Shown piece after piece: positions 21,391 to 35,469 of a stretch of 64,000 nucleotides of DNA (position 1 is its first letter; every line of letters starts with the position of its first letter). This DNA comes from Thraustochytrium aureum (Eukaryota): contig BLSG01000088.1 in assembly GCA_012862495.1 (NCBI GenBank), positions 116,437 to 180,436 on the forward strand, in the 5' to 3' direction. Made by a program: the position numbers and the translations under genes. The notes beneath the pieces are model-generated. The model had not been told where the DNA came from. It worked only from the letters and a program-made list of their open reading frames with translations, and did not search any database.

Positions 21391-24300
21391 CTAGTCGTCC
21401 AAGTTGAGCAGCGCGGCACAGCCGAGCATCACAAACCTGTTCGGGTCGACGTCCGTCGGCACGCAAACAGAGCAGCAGTAGTTGGTCGACATCCCTGTCG
21501 TACTCAACACACCCTGGCGGTCCGACGTCTTGTACACTGGACAGATGTAGTCCTTCTTGTCCGGCTTAAAGTTGATCTCCGGGATAAGGTGCACTGGGGG
21601 CAGCGGTGTGAACATCTGGCCGAGATGCGACTGCGCCATCTGGTGCGTTTCGCGGTCAAACCGCGCGCCCTCGAGCCACATCCCGTACACGTACACCCCA
21701 TCTTCAGGCGACTCGTGGATGTCTTGGTGGTCGTCGTGAAGAATCGTGTTGTTGAAAGTCAGCTCGTCCACGGCCACCTTGTACTTGCGCGCATGCGTCT
21801 GGAGCGTGCCTGTCAAAAACCCCTGCGGGAAGAAAAACGCTTGCAGTGGGAATACGTAGGGCTGGCCGTCTCGAAGCCATGTGCGCAGAAACTCGACGCG
21901 GAACAGCATGTCCTTGACCCAGCTCATCAGCGGCTTCCGGGACGCAAACGAGGGCCAAATGTCAGGCACCTGGTTGATCAGGAACGATGTGTACATCTTG
22001 TCCAAATCGAGGCTCATCACCACCAATCCCTTGATCGCACGCGCCAGCTCGCTCAAGGTCGACTTCATTTTCCTGAGGAGCTTGTTAAACTTGACCATCT
22101 CCTGGGACAGGACCGTGTCGAGCGAGCTGATGAGGCCCGTGTCAAGGACCACAAAGGTCTTGGGGCCGGCGTCCTCGCGGTCCAGAAGCGCCGGGACCTG
22201 TGCCTCAATCTCTGCAACGAGGTCAAGCACAATGTCGTCTGAGCTGAGCCCGTCGCCCCCGCCGGACTCGCGCGGCTGGAGGGCGAGCATTGTGGACACC
22301 ATCGTGCCGCACTCCGCTTTCTGAAAGGTGATTTCAGCATTTTTGTGCATCCCAAACACCTCGGGGTTGTCCACCATCGGGAGGCCCTTCAGGTAGCCGA
22401 CCACGTTCGCAAAGCTGCCCTCGGGCGTGCGTAGTACAGCCCCGAGTCGCTGAACCGGTAGTCGTCCTCCAGGAGGAGCGGGTTGCAGTACCTGTCGAGG
22501 ATGCCCATCAAGCAGCGGCGGTCCCAGTCGTCCGTGACGCGCCCGCCATAGTTGATCTGGCCCGTCACGTACATGAGTGCGTCCCACGGCACCGTGTCCT
22601 GCTCGTCCAAGAACCGCTGGAGCACGGAGACGCTTGTCTCAAGGTCGGTATCGTTGAACTCGTACCTGATGTTCCACCCCAGAGCGCCAAACTTGCGCCG
22701 CTCCTGCACTAGGGCGTGGAAAAAGCTGAATCCCACAAGAAGCTTCTTCCACGGCCGTGGCTTGAGGCAAGCTTCCCAGCTCGACTCGCTGACGATGTTG
22801 TTGTCGAACGAGCGGATGAGGTTGGCGCGCAGTCCCCTTGGGAGGCTCGTTGGTCAGCTTGACGCCGCTCTGCAGCACAGTCACGGGAAAGTAGGTGGCC
22901 GGGAAAGACGTCAAGTAGAGCCGAAAGTCTTCGTGAATCACGTCCTGGTTCTCTTCGAGCCCGAGCACAATCTTCTCCAGCGCCGGCATCCAGCTCTTTG
23001 CCAGGTGGCAGTTCTGCAAGAGCACCCAGTCCCCGTTCTTGACGCTGTTCTCAATCAACCGCTCAGCATGCGGACCCTGGCCTTGGCCAAGCGAGATGAC
23101 GTGTAGGCGCTCGCCGTAGCCCTTTTCCTTTGCAAACTTGAGCAGCATCGCCGTCGGGTCTGCGCCTTGCGAAAGCACAAAGATGAGCGGCGTGTATCGG
23201 TTCGTTCCTTCGTAGACGTCCTCCATTTGAACGGGGGGGAACTCGACAAACTCGCGGCCCAGCTCCGACTCCACGAAAGAGTTGATAGCAACCAACAAGC
23301 TCTCCTCGCGGAAAACCTTGACCAGCATCAGCTTTTGGAACGAGCTGAGCTTTTCCTCAAACCCGTCAGGCATGGGCAAAAAGTATGGCGCGTCCGCTTC
23401 GATCCACTCGCCCCAGCCATCCTCGTACTTGTCAAAGATGGACTGTGCGAGCCCCTCAAAGGGGCGAACCGTCGCGTGTGAGGAGGCCTTGGCATCGCCT
23501 TCCTCCGCCTCTGCTTCCGCCTCCTCCGCTTCAGCCGCCGCGCCCTCGCCGTCGGCAAGCGGAGCCTTGACGGCAATCTCGCGATCCATCACGCAAATGT
23601 TGTCCCATTGCTNNNNNNNNNNNNNNNNNNNNNNNNNNNNNNNNNNNNNNNNNNNNNNNNNNNNNNNNNNNNNNNNNNNNNNNNNNNNNNNNNNNNNNNN
23701 NNNNNNNNNNNNNNNNNNNNNNNNNNNNNNNNNNNNNNNNNNNNNNNNNNNNNNNNNCCCATTGCTGTTCGGTGATGGCCCCCGATGCCACTGCAGCTGG
23801 GGGGACGCCTGGCATGCCCTCGCGGTCCACAATGCCTGCACCGCGCAGGAGGTGCATGAGCTCCGGGCGGGAAATGTCCCCGCTCTCGACGATGAGGATC
23901 TGGAAGCAGATCAGACTCGCGAAAAGCGACTTGTGGGTCTCGAAGAGACCGCGGGACACCTGCGAAAAGATGTACTTGGTTTGGTACTTGAGCAGGCTGT
24001 TGAGCCGGTCCTGGAAAGTGGCCCCTTTTGGCGCGTTCTTGAGACAGGTGTTGAAGATTGATTGGAAGAAGGCCAGCGAATACTGGTACATCGGGTCGAT
24101 CTGCGCCAAGTCGGCGATGACAAAGTAGATGATCGCCCCGCGGGTCGCGATAGACCTGTACGTGGCTCGCGCCTCCTCGATGCTGACCTGGGTTTTCTTG
24201 GACTCTTCCACGCGCTCGTGGATGATCGCTGACGTCGTTTTGGAGTCGGCCAGCGTGTTGATGAGGACTTCGTCGTCGAGAATGTTGCCTTTTGACTCGG

Positions 24301-27300
24301 ACAACAGCTGCAGGATTTTGGCTTCCAGGTCTTTGAGCTGCTTGGCGTCGGCCGCCATGGTGGTGACGAGCTTGTTTTTCTTCTCCTCCACGTCGGGACG
24401 CTCCGCCTTGACCACGTCTCCAAGGAGCTGATCCGTCAGCCCGACGAACGTGACCGTGAAGTTGATCAGCGTCACTTTGATGCAAACCTCGGGCAGGTAG
24501 TGCGGGTTGGGCATCTTGGTCGTCATGTAAAACTTAAAGTTGTCGTCGTAGTCAATGTCCGAGTCCCCAAGGTGGATCAGCTTGCGCCCCCCCTGGAAGA
24601 AGACGGCCTTCTGCAAGATCGGGTCGATCGAGGGGTCAATGTGCTCGTCGAGGTCCTCAACCAGGACGGGGCGGCCGACGCGGATCCCGTTCTCCAGCGA
24701 CCGCAAAAGGTTCGGGTTGGACATCTTGATCACCTCGATGTTGTTTACAGACTCGGTGTTCTTGATCCAACGGTTCGCCTGCCCCTGCGGGTCGATCATG
24801 AGCGGCCACCGCTTTCCGCGAGCCACAAGGAGCGCACTGTCCGCCGACACGTCGTCGGTGGGAAGGCCGTCAATCTGCCAGCCGCGCAGTTGCACAGGGT
24901 TCCCAACCGTGCCTTGCAGAGAGCAAGAGTCCGAGCAAGGGATCGAGAGGTCTCGGCACCTCTGGGTCCACTGACGCACTAGCCGCTCGCGGTACGGCCC
25001 CGTGAAGGCGCCGTAGTAGGAGATGCAGCCTGCAGAGACCATCACGTCTCCCGTGAGGAGCTCCATCTCGGATGCGATGTTCTCAAGGGTCTGCCTCCAA
25101 CGCACGCCCTCCGAGGCGAGCCCGGAGGTGAGCTTTTCTGCTCGCACGAGGCGGTCCTTGGTGAGTTGGGACTGGTCTTCGAGCTCCTTCTTGGCCTGCA
25201 GCGTCGTGTCGAGCTGCGACTGCAGGGCGTCTACCTTGTCGCGCACGCCCTGCAGCTCGGCTTGCTTCTCCGCGAGCAGCGCGTTCGCGGCATTCATCTG
25301 CTCGTTCATCTTCTCGAGGACGGCCATCTTGGGCGCCACCTCCTTTGCCACCTCAGAGTAAATGTCCATCGCGTGCACAAACATGCAGAGCGAGGTGGCG
25401 GCGACGGGAAACCTTCTTCACGTTTTCGACCTGCATCATGTCCATCGCGACATACTTTTTGATCTTCTTCAGCGCGGCCGCGGGGATGTTGTCCTTGTCG
25501 TACTCTTGGAGGTTTTTCATAAAGTTGGCATCACCCAGCAACTTCTTGGACGAGTCCCAGTCCGGCTTGTGGCCGAGCAAGATACAAATGGCCTCCATCA
25601 CGGTCTGCACGGCAGGCGGGGGCTTGGCGAACGACTTGATCTCTGTGATGTCCTTCTTGTCGAGAGAGTCGAGCGCCTTGAGAGCGTTGTTGAGCGCCGG
25701 CATGGCTTTGTCCAGGTCAGCCTGAGCGTCGGCCTGCACTACGGCCACCTCGGCCGCCTGCGTCTTCACCTCGGCCTCGTCCTTGGAGACCCTCTCCTCC
25801 ACTTTGGCGGCCTCGGCCTTGTCCTTGTTGACGCGGATGATTAGCTCCTCCGTCTCTGCCGACTTGGTGACCAGCACGGGCTGCAGCTCCACCAGCTCGG
25901 CCTGCAAATCGTCCACAATCGTATTCGTCTCGTTGAGCTTGTCCACGCCGACCTCCATGCGCTTCTTGACGATGACCAGCTCCTCGCGCTTTTCGCGCAA
26001 CATGGACCGGTAAAGGTCGATCAAGTCGAGGTAGCTCTTCGGCGTTGTGTACACCCTGCGGCGAAGCTGCTGGAAAAATTCCTCGGAGATGTCGATCACG
26101 CTCGTGTGGATTTCGCCGCAAATGGCGACCAGCGCCTCGCGAACCTCGTCAGTGACCTCGAGCTCTGCGAGAAAGCGTTGCGCAACAGACTGGAGGGCAG
26201 ACTTTGGCCACTCCAGGTACCAGTCGATCGTCGTGCAGTTGATGAGCGAGGGAAAGTTGCGGCACCGCACGCGAAGCGAGTCGCCAACCGGCGACATGCA
26301 CAGCACAATGTGCAGCATGTCCCGGACGCGCGCCACGAACTGGAGCCGGCAATTCTCGCGCGTCTCCGGGATTCCCATCTCCTTGACCACGGGGACCATG
26401 TCGTTCAAAATGCGGTCCATTTCGTCCTGCGGGATCAGGTTTGGAATCTCGCCGCTGTTGAGCACGTTGTTGATGTCCTCGAGGAACGACTCTTCGACGA
26501 TCTGCGTGTCCGTAAACAAAAACACGACGTTGTTGCCCTTGACGCCCGTCTTCACCATGAGCTCCTTGATGTCTTCGTGGAACTCCGCGAGCCCATAGCC
26601 GCGCACCAGCTCGATCTGGAAGCACTCAAAGTCGGCCATGAAGGCCGCCAGCCGCGTGCAGCTCTGCTTGCCGCTGCCGCCGACTCCGATCAAAAGCGCG
26701 TTGCCCCGCGGCTGCCGAATGATGCGCGCGATGCGCGAAATGTGCTCGACCGCATCTTTGAAAAACACAAGGTTCATCTGCGAGGGGTTGGACATGTTGT
26801 ACTCGTCCAGGTTGTCTTCGAGAACTTGGGTGACCTTGACAGAGTCCTTTGCGATTTCGTACATGCGCTCGTCCAGCGACAATCCGGGTCGGAGAAAGTC
26901 GCAAAACATGATCGGCCAGGAGCCCTCGAAAACCTTTTCGTGGGTCATGTCGATTTTGAGCTGCTTGGTGGTCAGCTCGATCAAGAGCCGCGTGAACCAC
27001 TCTTTGTCCTCCATGTTGATGAGACGGTCGTGGAACACGCGCATGGACTCGTGCATGAAGAGGAGCGCAAACGTCTCCGGGTCGTTGCACTTCTTTGGGT
27101 GGACCATCAAAATCCCCTGAAACACCTTGCTGACGTCCCGCAAGTTGAACGTGTAGTGCGACTTGGCCGGCGTGGGCAAGAGCTCCTGCGAGATGCGCGT
27201 AAAGATCTCCACCACGGAGGTCACAATCGGCCCAACCAGGTCCTTATTCGCGTCGTTGCTGAAGCCCTGCGCGTAGCCCCCTAGGATGGCCTTGAAAATG

Positions 27301-30300
27301 TGCTGCATCGTGCGGTTCGAGGCCGGACGCATGCACAAAATGTTAAAGTGGCGCTTGAAGCGCGGCGTAACCTGGTTGCGGCCACCGCCCGGGGGCGCCG
27401 CGGAGACCATCAGCATTGTGTTTTCAATGTCCTTCCAGAACAGCTTGTCCCGATCGTAAAACCCTTTCATGTCCAGGAACTGGCGGAGGAGCTCCACAGG
27501 AGCCTGTGCGCCGTACTCTTCGACCAGCGGCATGTTGACGTCGTCTACAAACACAACAACCCTCCGGTTTGCAGGCGCTCCGAGCAGCGTCTTGCGCTTC
27601 TTCTCAAGCTTGTTCTCGATGGACTCTTGGACCACGGACGAGCTCGTCTGCGCAGAAAAGCTGATGTTGATCGGCATAACGCCCATTCCGTTCACGGGGT
27701 CGTCATCAGGGAGCGCGGCGCATCGCGACAGCGTGTCTATCACCACGCTTGTCTTGCCGGTACCAGTTACGCCGGTCAGGAAGACGGGCCGGTCGCGCTT
27801 CATGAGCTGGCGAATCACATACGAGTACCTTGTGGTGTCCACGCTGGGTACGAGCAGCTGAAAGTACGGCAGGGTCGAGTCGTACTGAAAGCTGGGAATG
27901 ATCGCCTCAAAGTTCTTCCAGGCGCCGCTGGGCTCGTCTCGGATGTGGACCCAAAAGTCGTACACGAGACCGCCCGGAGGGACCTGCACTTTGCGGTCCG
28001 CTTCCTCGAACGAGGCCCGCACGAGCTGGTCAAGCCCCTCCCAGCCCTCGAAGCTGATAGTGCCGCCGACGGCCCACACCAGGCTGAACAGGAAGAGCTT
28101 GTCAATGAGCTTCCGCCCGTCCGCCTCCTTGAGGTCCTCGTGATCGTCGGCGCCCCCCTCGCCCTCCGAGCCGGGGCCCGGCATGTACGTTTTGTTGGCT
28201 TCCTTTCCAAAGAGCCGAACGCCCATCACAGGCTGGAAGAGGGATTCGTAGAGCTTGCACATTGAGGTCACGAGGTCGCCGTTTAGCGTGGCGACGGGCT
28301 CGGCGCAGTGACGACGCACGTGGCGAAGCGTCTTGTCCACGAGAAGGTCAAAGTTTTCGAGCAGTTGCTCCTTTGCGTACTGCGGCGTGTTCGGGTGGAA
28401 CGACGCGCTCTTGAGCCAACTTAGCACCGGCGCGCGCCAGCCCAGATCGTCGGGCGCCATGTACATGACACCGAGCCGCGACACCGTCGCGGGGGAGGCC
28501 ACGGCGAGGTCCATCACCTCAAAGAGGCACTTCATCTGCACCTTGAGCTTGATGCGCTCGCCGTTTGCTAGGCAGAGAGTCATGTTGTCGTCGAGGACGG
28601 TGTTCATGTTTTCGATCCAAAGGGCGTCGATGGGGCCGTCGAAAACCGTCCAGCGCCTGACCTCGTCCGTGCCGTTGCAGTCACTGACGGCTTTTCGCAT
28701 GATCGTGCTTGCTAATCCGTCGTGCCACTCTTGCGTAAGCTCGTTAAACTCGCCGTACAGCTCCCCCATGGTGATGCACTTGGGATTGAGCACTGTCGCC
28801 TCGGCGTATTGGTACCTCTCGTCGTCCACGCCGCGGTCGCGCATGTTTTTCATGGCAGCTTGGAGAATGCGCCAGCAGGTCGTTTTGCCGCCTCCCGTGG
28901 GGCCCACAATCGTGGCCCCAAAGCGCACATTGAAGACGTCAAACTGCTGAATCACCTTGGTGACAAAGCTGGGCACGGGTTGGAGGTTGGCCCGCTCGAT
29001 CTCCTGCTCAATCGCCTCCTGGAAAAGCCCGTAGTCGTGCGTGGGTACGGTGACACCGGGAAACAGGTCGCTCACAATGCCGTGGAACAGTGGAAGGTCC
29101 TCACTGAGGCACTTGGGCACGTTCGAGTCGCGCAGGGCGCGGATCAGCGTCACGTCCTCGCTGACGCCTGGGTTGCCGCGCTTGAGCCCGCCGGCCATGA
29201 CCAGCACCGACTTGACGGCACGCAAGCCATAGTCGTAGTGTGGCTGCTGCGAAAGCTGCTGCGAGCTCAAATGAAACAGCTTGATCATCTTGCGCGAGAG
29301 NNNNNNNNNNNNNNNNNNNNNNNNNNNNNNNNNNNNNNNNNNNNNNNNNNNNNNNNNNNNNNNNNNNNNNNNNNNNNNNNNNNNNNNNNNNNNNNNNNNN
29401 NNNNNNNNNNNNNNNNNNNNNNNNNNNNNNNNNGAAACAGCTTGATCATCTTGCGCGAGAGAGTTTTGGCGTCGCCAAAGCCCTCGGCAAAGAGCATAAT
29501 TTCCGCAATGAGGGCGTAGTCTGGCACCATCATCGACACGGGGCGGAAGCAGACCTTCAGATTGTCCGGGAGCTCTGTGCGGCCAGCGTAGCCAGGGTTC
29601 ATCGTGACAATCACATGGTGGTCCTTGAGGCTAATGTCGACGCCCATAAACATGATGCGCTCCTTGCCCTCGAGGCGGCCCTGCCGGAGCATCAAAAGCT
29701 GCTGCGCCACCACGGAAAGCACCTCGATGTCGATTCGGTTGAATTCGTCCAAGCAGGTCCAGGACCCGGTCTGGGCGAGGCCGCGGAAGAGCTTGCCCAT
29801 CATCTTGTAGTCGATCTGGTCTGAGCAGTTGAACACGATGCACTGCACGCCGAGGGCCTTGGCCAAGTCCTTGGAAGACTCGGTCTTGCCGGTTCCAGCG
29901 GGCCCAGCGGGGGCGGCCCCCAGTTTCAGCCCGTACGAGCCTGTGATTGTCATCCAACACCTGTCCGTGAGCGGGGTGATGACGAGGCGCGTTGTGCACC
30001 CCTGGTACTCGTAGCCGAATTCGATGACCGCGTCTGAGTGCCGCACGCGGCAGTCGTCGACGTCGGCGTCCCAGTAGTAGCGCAGCTGCATCTGCCAGGT
30101 AAAGTTGCCCACGTCCGCGACGTGCTCCCTGTAGAGCGTCTCAACGATGTCGCGGGCGTGCACGTCGGTGGTGACAAGGGCGACGATTACAGCGCGCTGC
30201 CGCTTGGTAAGATCGCCGCGAATGAGCTCGATCAACGCTTGCAGCTCATCCAGGTTGTCCTGGTACCAGGCCCCCATCGCCTGGTCGGCGTTCTCTTCCG

Positions 30301-33300
30301 CGCGCAGGGCTGCCTCTGTGCCTTGCACCCAGGTCATCTGCGCCACGGTGGCAACAATCTGCCCCGGGTGGTCCAGCACCCACTGTCGCCGCGCCTTTGT
30401 CGGGTAGTCAACGAGGCCAACTTTCATGAGCCGCTGCAGGCTTGACTTCATGTGCGACTCCACAGCGCTGAGCCAGTCCTCGACATTGCCGCGGGCCTTG
30501 AGGTTTTTCCCGAGCTCGATGCGCTCGCCCTCTGGACTAATCATGGCCTCGATGTCGATGCTGTTCTCCTTTGGCCCAAAGTCCAGCTCAACCAAAGCGT
30601 CAAAGCACTTGCGCAAGTGCGGCTGCACGGCCTGCGGGTCCTTGGTCTGGGCGAGGATTTCGAGCAGCTCGTCGTTGGCGAGAAAGTAAAAGCGCGGGAA
30701 AGCGGCCCGCTTGGTCTCCAAATAGTCCTCGAGACTCTTTTGGATCTTGTCGAGTGTCTCGTTGCACTCGCGGAACTTGTCGCAGAGCCCCTTCAGCGTG
30801 CAGGCCTTGAGGGCGTTTGGGTCGTCCGCAGTCCTTTTCATGTGGCCTTTCCAAAACGAGTCGACAGCGAAAAACCGCTTGGACTCGACGGGGAGCTGGC
30901 GCTGAATGTCCGGGGCCGAGAAAATGGTCTCCAGGTACATCCAGCCGCGCTGGCAGACGAGCCACTCGTCCAGCGTCTCCTGGAACTGCACGAGGCGCTT
31001 GCGCCACGACTCGACCACCTCCTTAATGCCTGCGACGTACCGCGAGCCCATGATGGTGCTGATGGTGACAAGGGAGTCGTCCAGGTTGACGATCACCTCT
31101 TCTACACTGCCCAGGATGTAGACGTCCTTTTGCTCCTTGTAACCCTTCAACTCCAGCTCGCTGGTTCGCCAGATGTCCTCGATCTTGGCAAGCATGCCTT
31201 CGAGGACCATCTCTTGCGCAGCAGCCACCGCAATGCCTTGGATCTCGTCTTCGAACTGGCCAATGTTGTTTTCCATGAGGCGCCCGAGGGTGAAACCCTC
31301 GACGTTTTTGATCTGGTAGCCCACCATGTCGTGGATCTTCTGCCAGTGGCGGTCCTGCAGCGACTCGCTGCAGAGCGAGACAATTACGGGGAGCGTTGTC
31401 TGGACGTGGTTGACGGCGTCGCGCAGGGCTGGGCCGGAGGTAGAATCTGGCAAGGCGCGGATGGCTTTGAACGCCACCTTGCTGTGCACCTTGACCTGCT
31501 TGTCCATCTCCTCCGAGTCGAGGTCCTTGAACTCGGTGTCCATCCAGTGCTGGAGGTGGCGCTGCCACGACTGAGTGCCGGTCCAGAGATCGTACTTGAC
31601 CTTGAGGTCAGTGAAGACCTCGTCGAGGAGCTCAAACTCGGAGACAGTGAGGTCGAGGTAGCTCTGGTTGCTCTGCAAAACCTCGATTTCCTCGCGGATC
31701 TGCTCGAGCCGGGTGTTTTGCTCTGTCATGTAGGCGGCCATCTCGTCGACGTCGGCCTTGGCGTCCTGGATGCTGGGCTTGTCCAGCTTTTCGCGGAGGG
31801 CGACGATCGACTTTTCCACCTTGGGGACCTGACTGTTGATCAGCTTGATGAAGCGCGCGGTGTCCTCCTCCTTGCGGGCTTCGCACGCCTCGATCACCTC
31901 GGTGAGCTGCGTGAGCTGGTCGCTGATCATCCGGATGTGCGCCGTCTCTTGCTCAGGAATGGCCCAGTTGTGCCTGGCCAAAATATTGCCCAGCTGCTTG
32001 ATGTGACTCGCTCGGTCGCCAAGGCTGCCAAGGTCCTCTGCGGCCTGCACGAGAAACTTGCACTTGGCTGTGAACTCGGCCACCGTCTCTGGGTCGTGGG
32101 TCGCCCTGGCCATATTGCTGGCAATGTCCCCGAGCAGCTCCTTGGCCTCGACGTGCATGATCCGGGGGATCACATCCTTGACAGCCATAAGGCACAGGTG
32201 CGGGCTCGGCATCAGCGTGCGCTTGAGGCTGTGCGAGTCAACAAGGAGAATCCCAATGTCTGCAGACACAGGAATGCCCCCGAACTCGTTCTCCTGGCCG
32301 TGAAACTTGTCGATGAGATCCTCAAAAACGCTGAGCTCTACGTTTCGAAAGTCTGTGACAGCGTTGTCTTGCTTGTGGACGTTCTCCGCGAACGTGTCGC
32401 GAAAGGGCTCGAACACGCTGACGTACTCGAGGGCGGCCGTAACTGCCTGGCGCACGTCCTCGAAGATGGTCTGCTTGAGCGCGACGAATTCCTTTTGGTT
32501 GAGGATGATCGAGTCTATTTCGATGTCCTCGCCGCTGGCCTCGCCCCCGGCGTCCCCACCGGCGCCACCGCCGTCGCCCTCCTTGTTTGCCACCTGCGTG
32601 TACGGCGCAAGCTCTTCGTGGGTGATGAGGCGCTCTGAGGCGGACAGCAGGCCCACCGCCTCGTTGATAGCCTCGTCTAGGACGTCCACGAAGGTCGAGT
32701 AGTCGGGCTCCAGCACGAGCTCGCGCCGCGCCGCGGCCGGGGCGGGCTTGTGTGCGACGTCCTCTTCGCTGGCTTTGCCTTCCTTAATTTGGTCCGCCGC
32801 ACCCCCCTCCTTGGCGTCTTTAGCGCCGGTGCGCGCTGGGGCCGTTTGTGGTGCCGCCGCCGCCGAGTCGGGCATCTCTTCTCCGAGCGAGACGACCACG
32901 GCAAAGAGAGGCGAGACGGTTTTCGGCGCCTTCTTCTTGTTTATGACGATCTCCTTCTTCTTCTCGTCCGTGAGGCGCACGACCCTCGGCGGCTTGAGCT
33001 TGGGGTTTATCGCGTCTGAGAACGTCTTGGTGCTGGTGTGCGCGAGCTCAACCAGGGTGAAGCTCATCTGGAACTCGATGAGACGGATAAACTTGGCCAG
33101 CTTCTTGCACTCTGTCCGGAGCGNNNNNNNNNNNNNNNNNNNNNNNNNNNNNNNNNNNNNNNNNNNNNNNNNNNNNNNNNNNNNNNNNNNNNNNNNNNNN
33201 NNNNNNNNNNNNNNNNNNNNNNNNNNNNNNNNNNNNNNNNNNNNNNNNNNNNNNNNNNNNNNNNNNNNNNNNNNNNNNNNNNNNNNNNNNNNNNNNNNNN

Positions 33301-34603
33301 NNNAGACGGATAAACTTGGCCAGCTTCTTGCACTCTGTCCGGAGCGCTGCGCGCTCCATGAAGGTCATCTTGTGGTCCGCAACGATGTTGTTGGCCTCCA
33401 AAAACTCGTCGAGGACCTGGTCGCAGGCGTCCCGCACGAGCTGTCGCGTCTCGTCGGAGAACTCGATTATCGCCGTCTGCAGCCGGTCGCGGTGGATGCG
33501 CTGTGCCTCCCGGAACCCCTCCAGCGTGTATGTGGTCTCGCGGTCAATGAAGATCAGGCGGTGAGAGCCGAGACCGATGCACATCTCCCGGACCCGGAGC
33601 AACGAGGTGCTGAGTCGTTTGTTGAGGATAAAGAGCTGCTTTTCCAGCGCCTCGCCCGCAAGCTTGCTCTTCCCGCTGTTGACATTTCTCTTCCACATGG
33701 TAAAGTTCTTCCAAAGGCGAAACTTGGAGAAAAACGTGATGTCTTTCATCTTCGAGAAGACGCGGAACTCGTGCTCCCAGAGCTCCATTGGCGTAAACTC
33801 GGCTTGCGCGTTGGTGAAGTGCGTCACGCCCTCTTGGCTCAGGGTGAAATAGTCGCGCGGGTCGATCTCGCTGTGCCCGACCACGCGCAGCTCATACACG
33901 CTGTTGAAGGCTGCTCGGGGCTTTAGGTAGAAAAAGCAACCCGAGTCGAACTCTGCGACTTGCTCGGCCGAGAGCTCGAGGCAGCGAAGGAACGCTGACG
34001 TCTCGAGCAGGAAGGCCACGGACGGGCTGAGCTGAGCGAGCGTCTCGGCGCCAGCTTCGAGCTTTGCTTCTTTGCCCTCAACGTGGATAGCGTTGCGGGA
34101 CTGAGCATACTCGCTCGCCTCGCGCACATGCTCGTCGTCCGCGCGGATCGTAAAAGCTTCTTCGAACAATCCGCCCTTTTTTGCCCGCTTGGCCTTCCCA
34201 CTGGAAGCCGTCGTAGACCCCGCGACTGCCTGGCCCGCAGTCGCGAGCCCGGCGCGCTGTGGGTCAGTTTGCTTCGCCGGGACTTGACGAGGCTGTGCGC
34301 AAAGCTCTGCTGGTCTTCCTCCTCCGTCTCTGCGCGCCGTGGCCGAGCAAAGCGGGACGAGGGAGACCCTCCCGACCCAGCCGCCCCACCCACGCGCTTT
34401 GGGACCATGATCGGCGAGGCCCTCTTGGACGCCCCGGGCGCGATCGCTGGCAGTCCAGCCATCCGCGCTCTCGGGTTCGTCCCGCCGCCGTAGAGCCGCG
34501 CAGCCAGCGCAGCCTTCGCATCCTCCTGGCCAGTGCCGGTCTGTCCATCGGAGATCCCTGCCGCGTTCTTTCCGGCCCGGGCCGCGTCGCCGTCGGCTTC
34601 CAT
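21391..34603 (-). CDS. DNAH6: axonemal inner-arm dynein heavy chain, DNAH6-like; split by 3 gaps and ~4 single-base indels
   Basis: P-loops GPAGTGKT, GPTGGGKT, GVTGTGKT, GVGGSGKQS. Also CLDEFNR, FDGPIDALWIENMNTVLDDN, WPLMIDPQGQA, C-terminal CPVYKT..R.GVLSTTG.STN. Short tail typical of single-headed dyneins. PQAVQPHLRKCFD, RGNVE.WL and YKMMG suggest the DNAH6 subtype, which is less certain than the family. Confidence 0.9.
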
Positions 34604-35469
34604 TGCGCTCTGCCAAGCCTGCCTGCCAAGCCCCCTTCCGCCTCAGCACCTTCCGCAAGCCGCACACCCCTGGGGCGATACCGCACCAGCGCGCAGAGCG
34701 CTGCGCACGATCGCGCCCTCCTTCGGCCTTCCCGGGCGCCTGCGCGAGTCGGACTCGGCGCGCAACGGCAGGATCGCGCGGTGCGGCGCGGCCAAAATCC
34801 GCGAATCAGGCTCCAATCCCAGCCCCCCAAAAACGGCAGCCGGCGAGCGCGCCACGAAGCCGAAGCGCGAAGCCGTGCGAAACGCTAGCGCCGCCGCTGA
34901 GCGAGCGAGCGCCGCCCTGCCTCCCTCCCTCCCGGCCGCTGCTGCCGCGCGCGATGCTGCTCTGCTGCCTGCTGGGAGGCCCTCAACGGTCAAGTGCGCA
35001 CACCGACCCAGCACCCCTCGCGTTTGTGCGCCCGTTTCGACGAACGAACGGATCGGGTGTGTTATGTTCTGAAAGAACCTTTCGCGTTCCTTTGAAGAAC
35101 AAATCTTTGTACCGCGTACACCGACCCAGCATCGATTGCGAAAGTATCCGTTGCTTTCTTGAGAGCTGGGGTTGGTCGCAAGCGGCGAGAGCTCCAGAGG
35201 CAACGGGAGCTAGGCGGGTCTCGGAGCCTTCGGCATGCAAGTGAAGTTCACAAACCCTTTGGGTATACCGGTACTGCGTATTTTAGTACGTTTGGTTCTT
35301 TGTATTTTCCGCCGTGTGACGGCACGGTTGCTCGTTGGCATGGTGCGGCAGGCGCGCTGTGTGCATGGACGAACCGCGCCATCCACGAGCCGAGCCTTAT
35401 TGGAAAGTAAGTGCATGAGCGACGCGGCGTCGCACGCGCCACGGTCGCGCGCGCGTTCGATCGGGAGCC

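Noticed and set aside
30452..32638. Long antisense ORFs (for example 728 aa opposite dynein, and many similar ones)
   Set aside because: Shadow ORFs expected from GC3-rich codon usage; no recognisable motifs.
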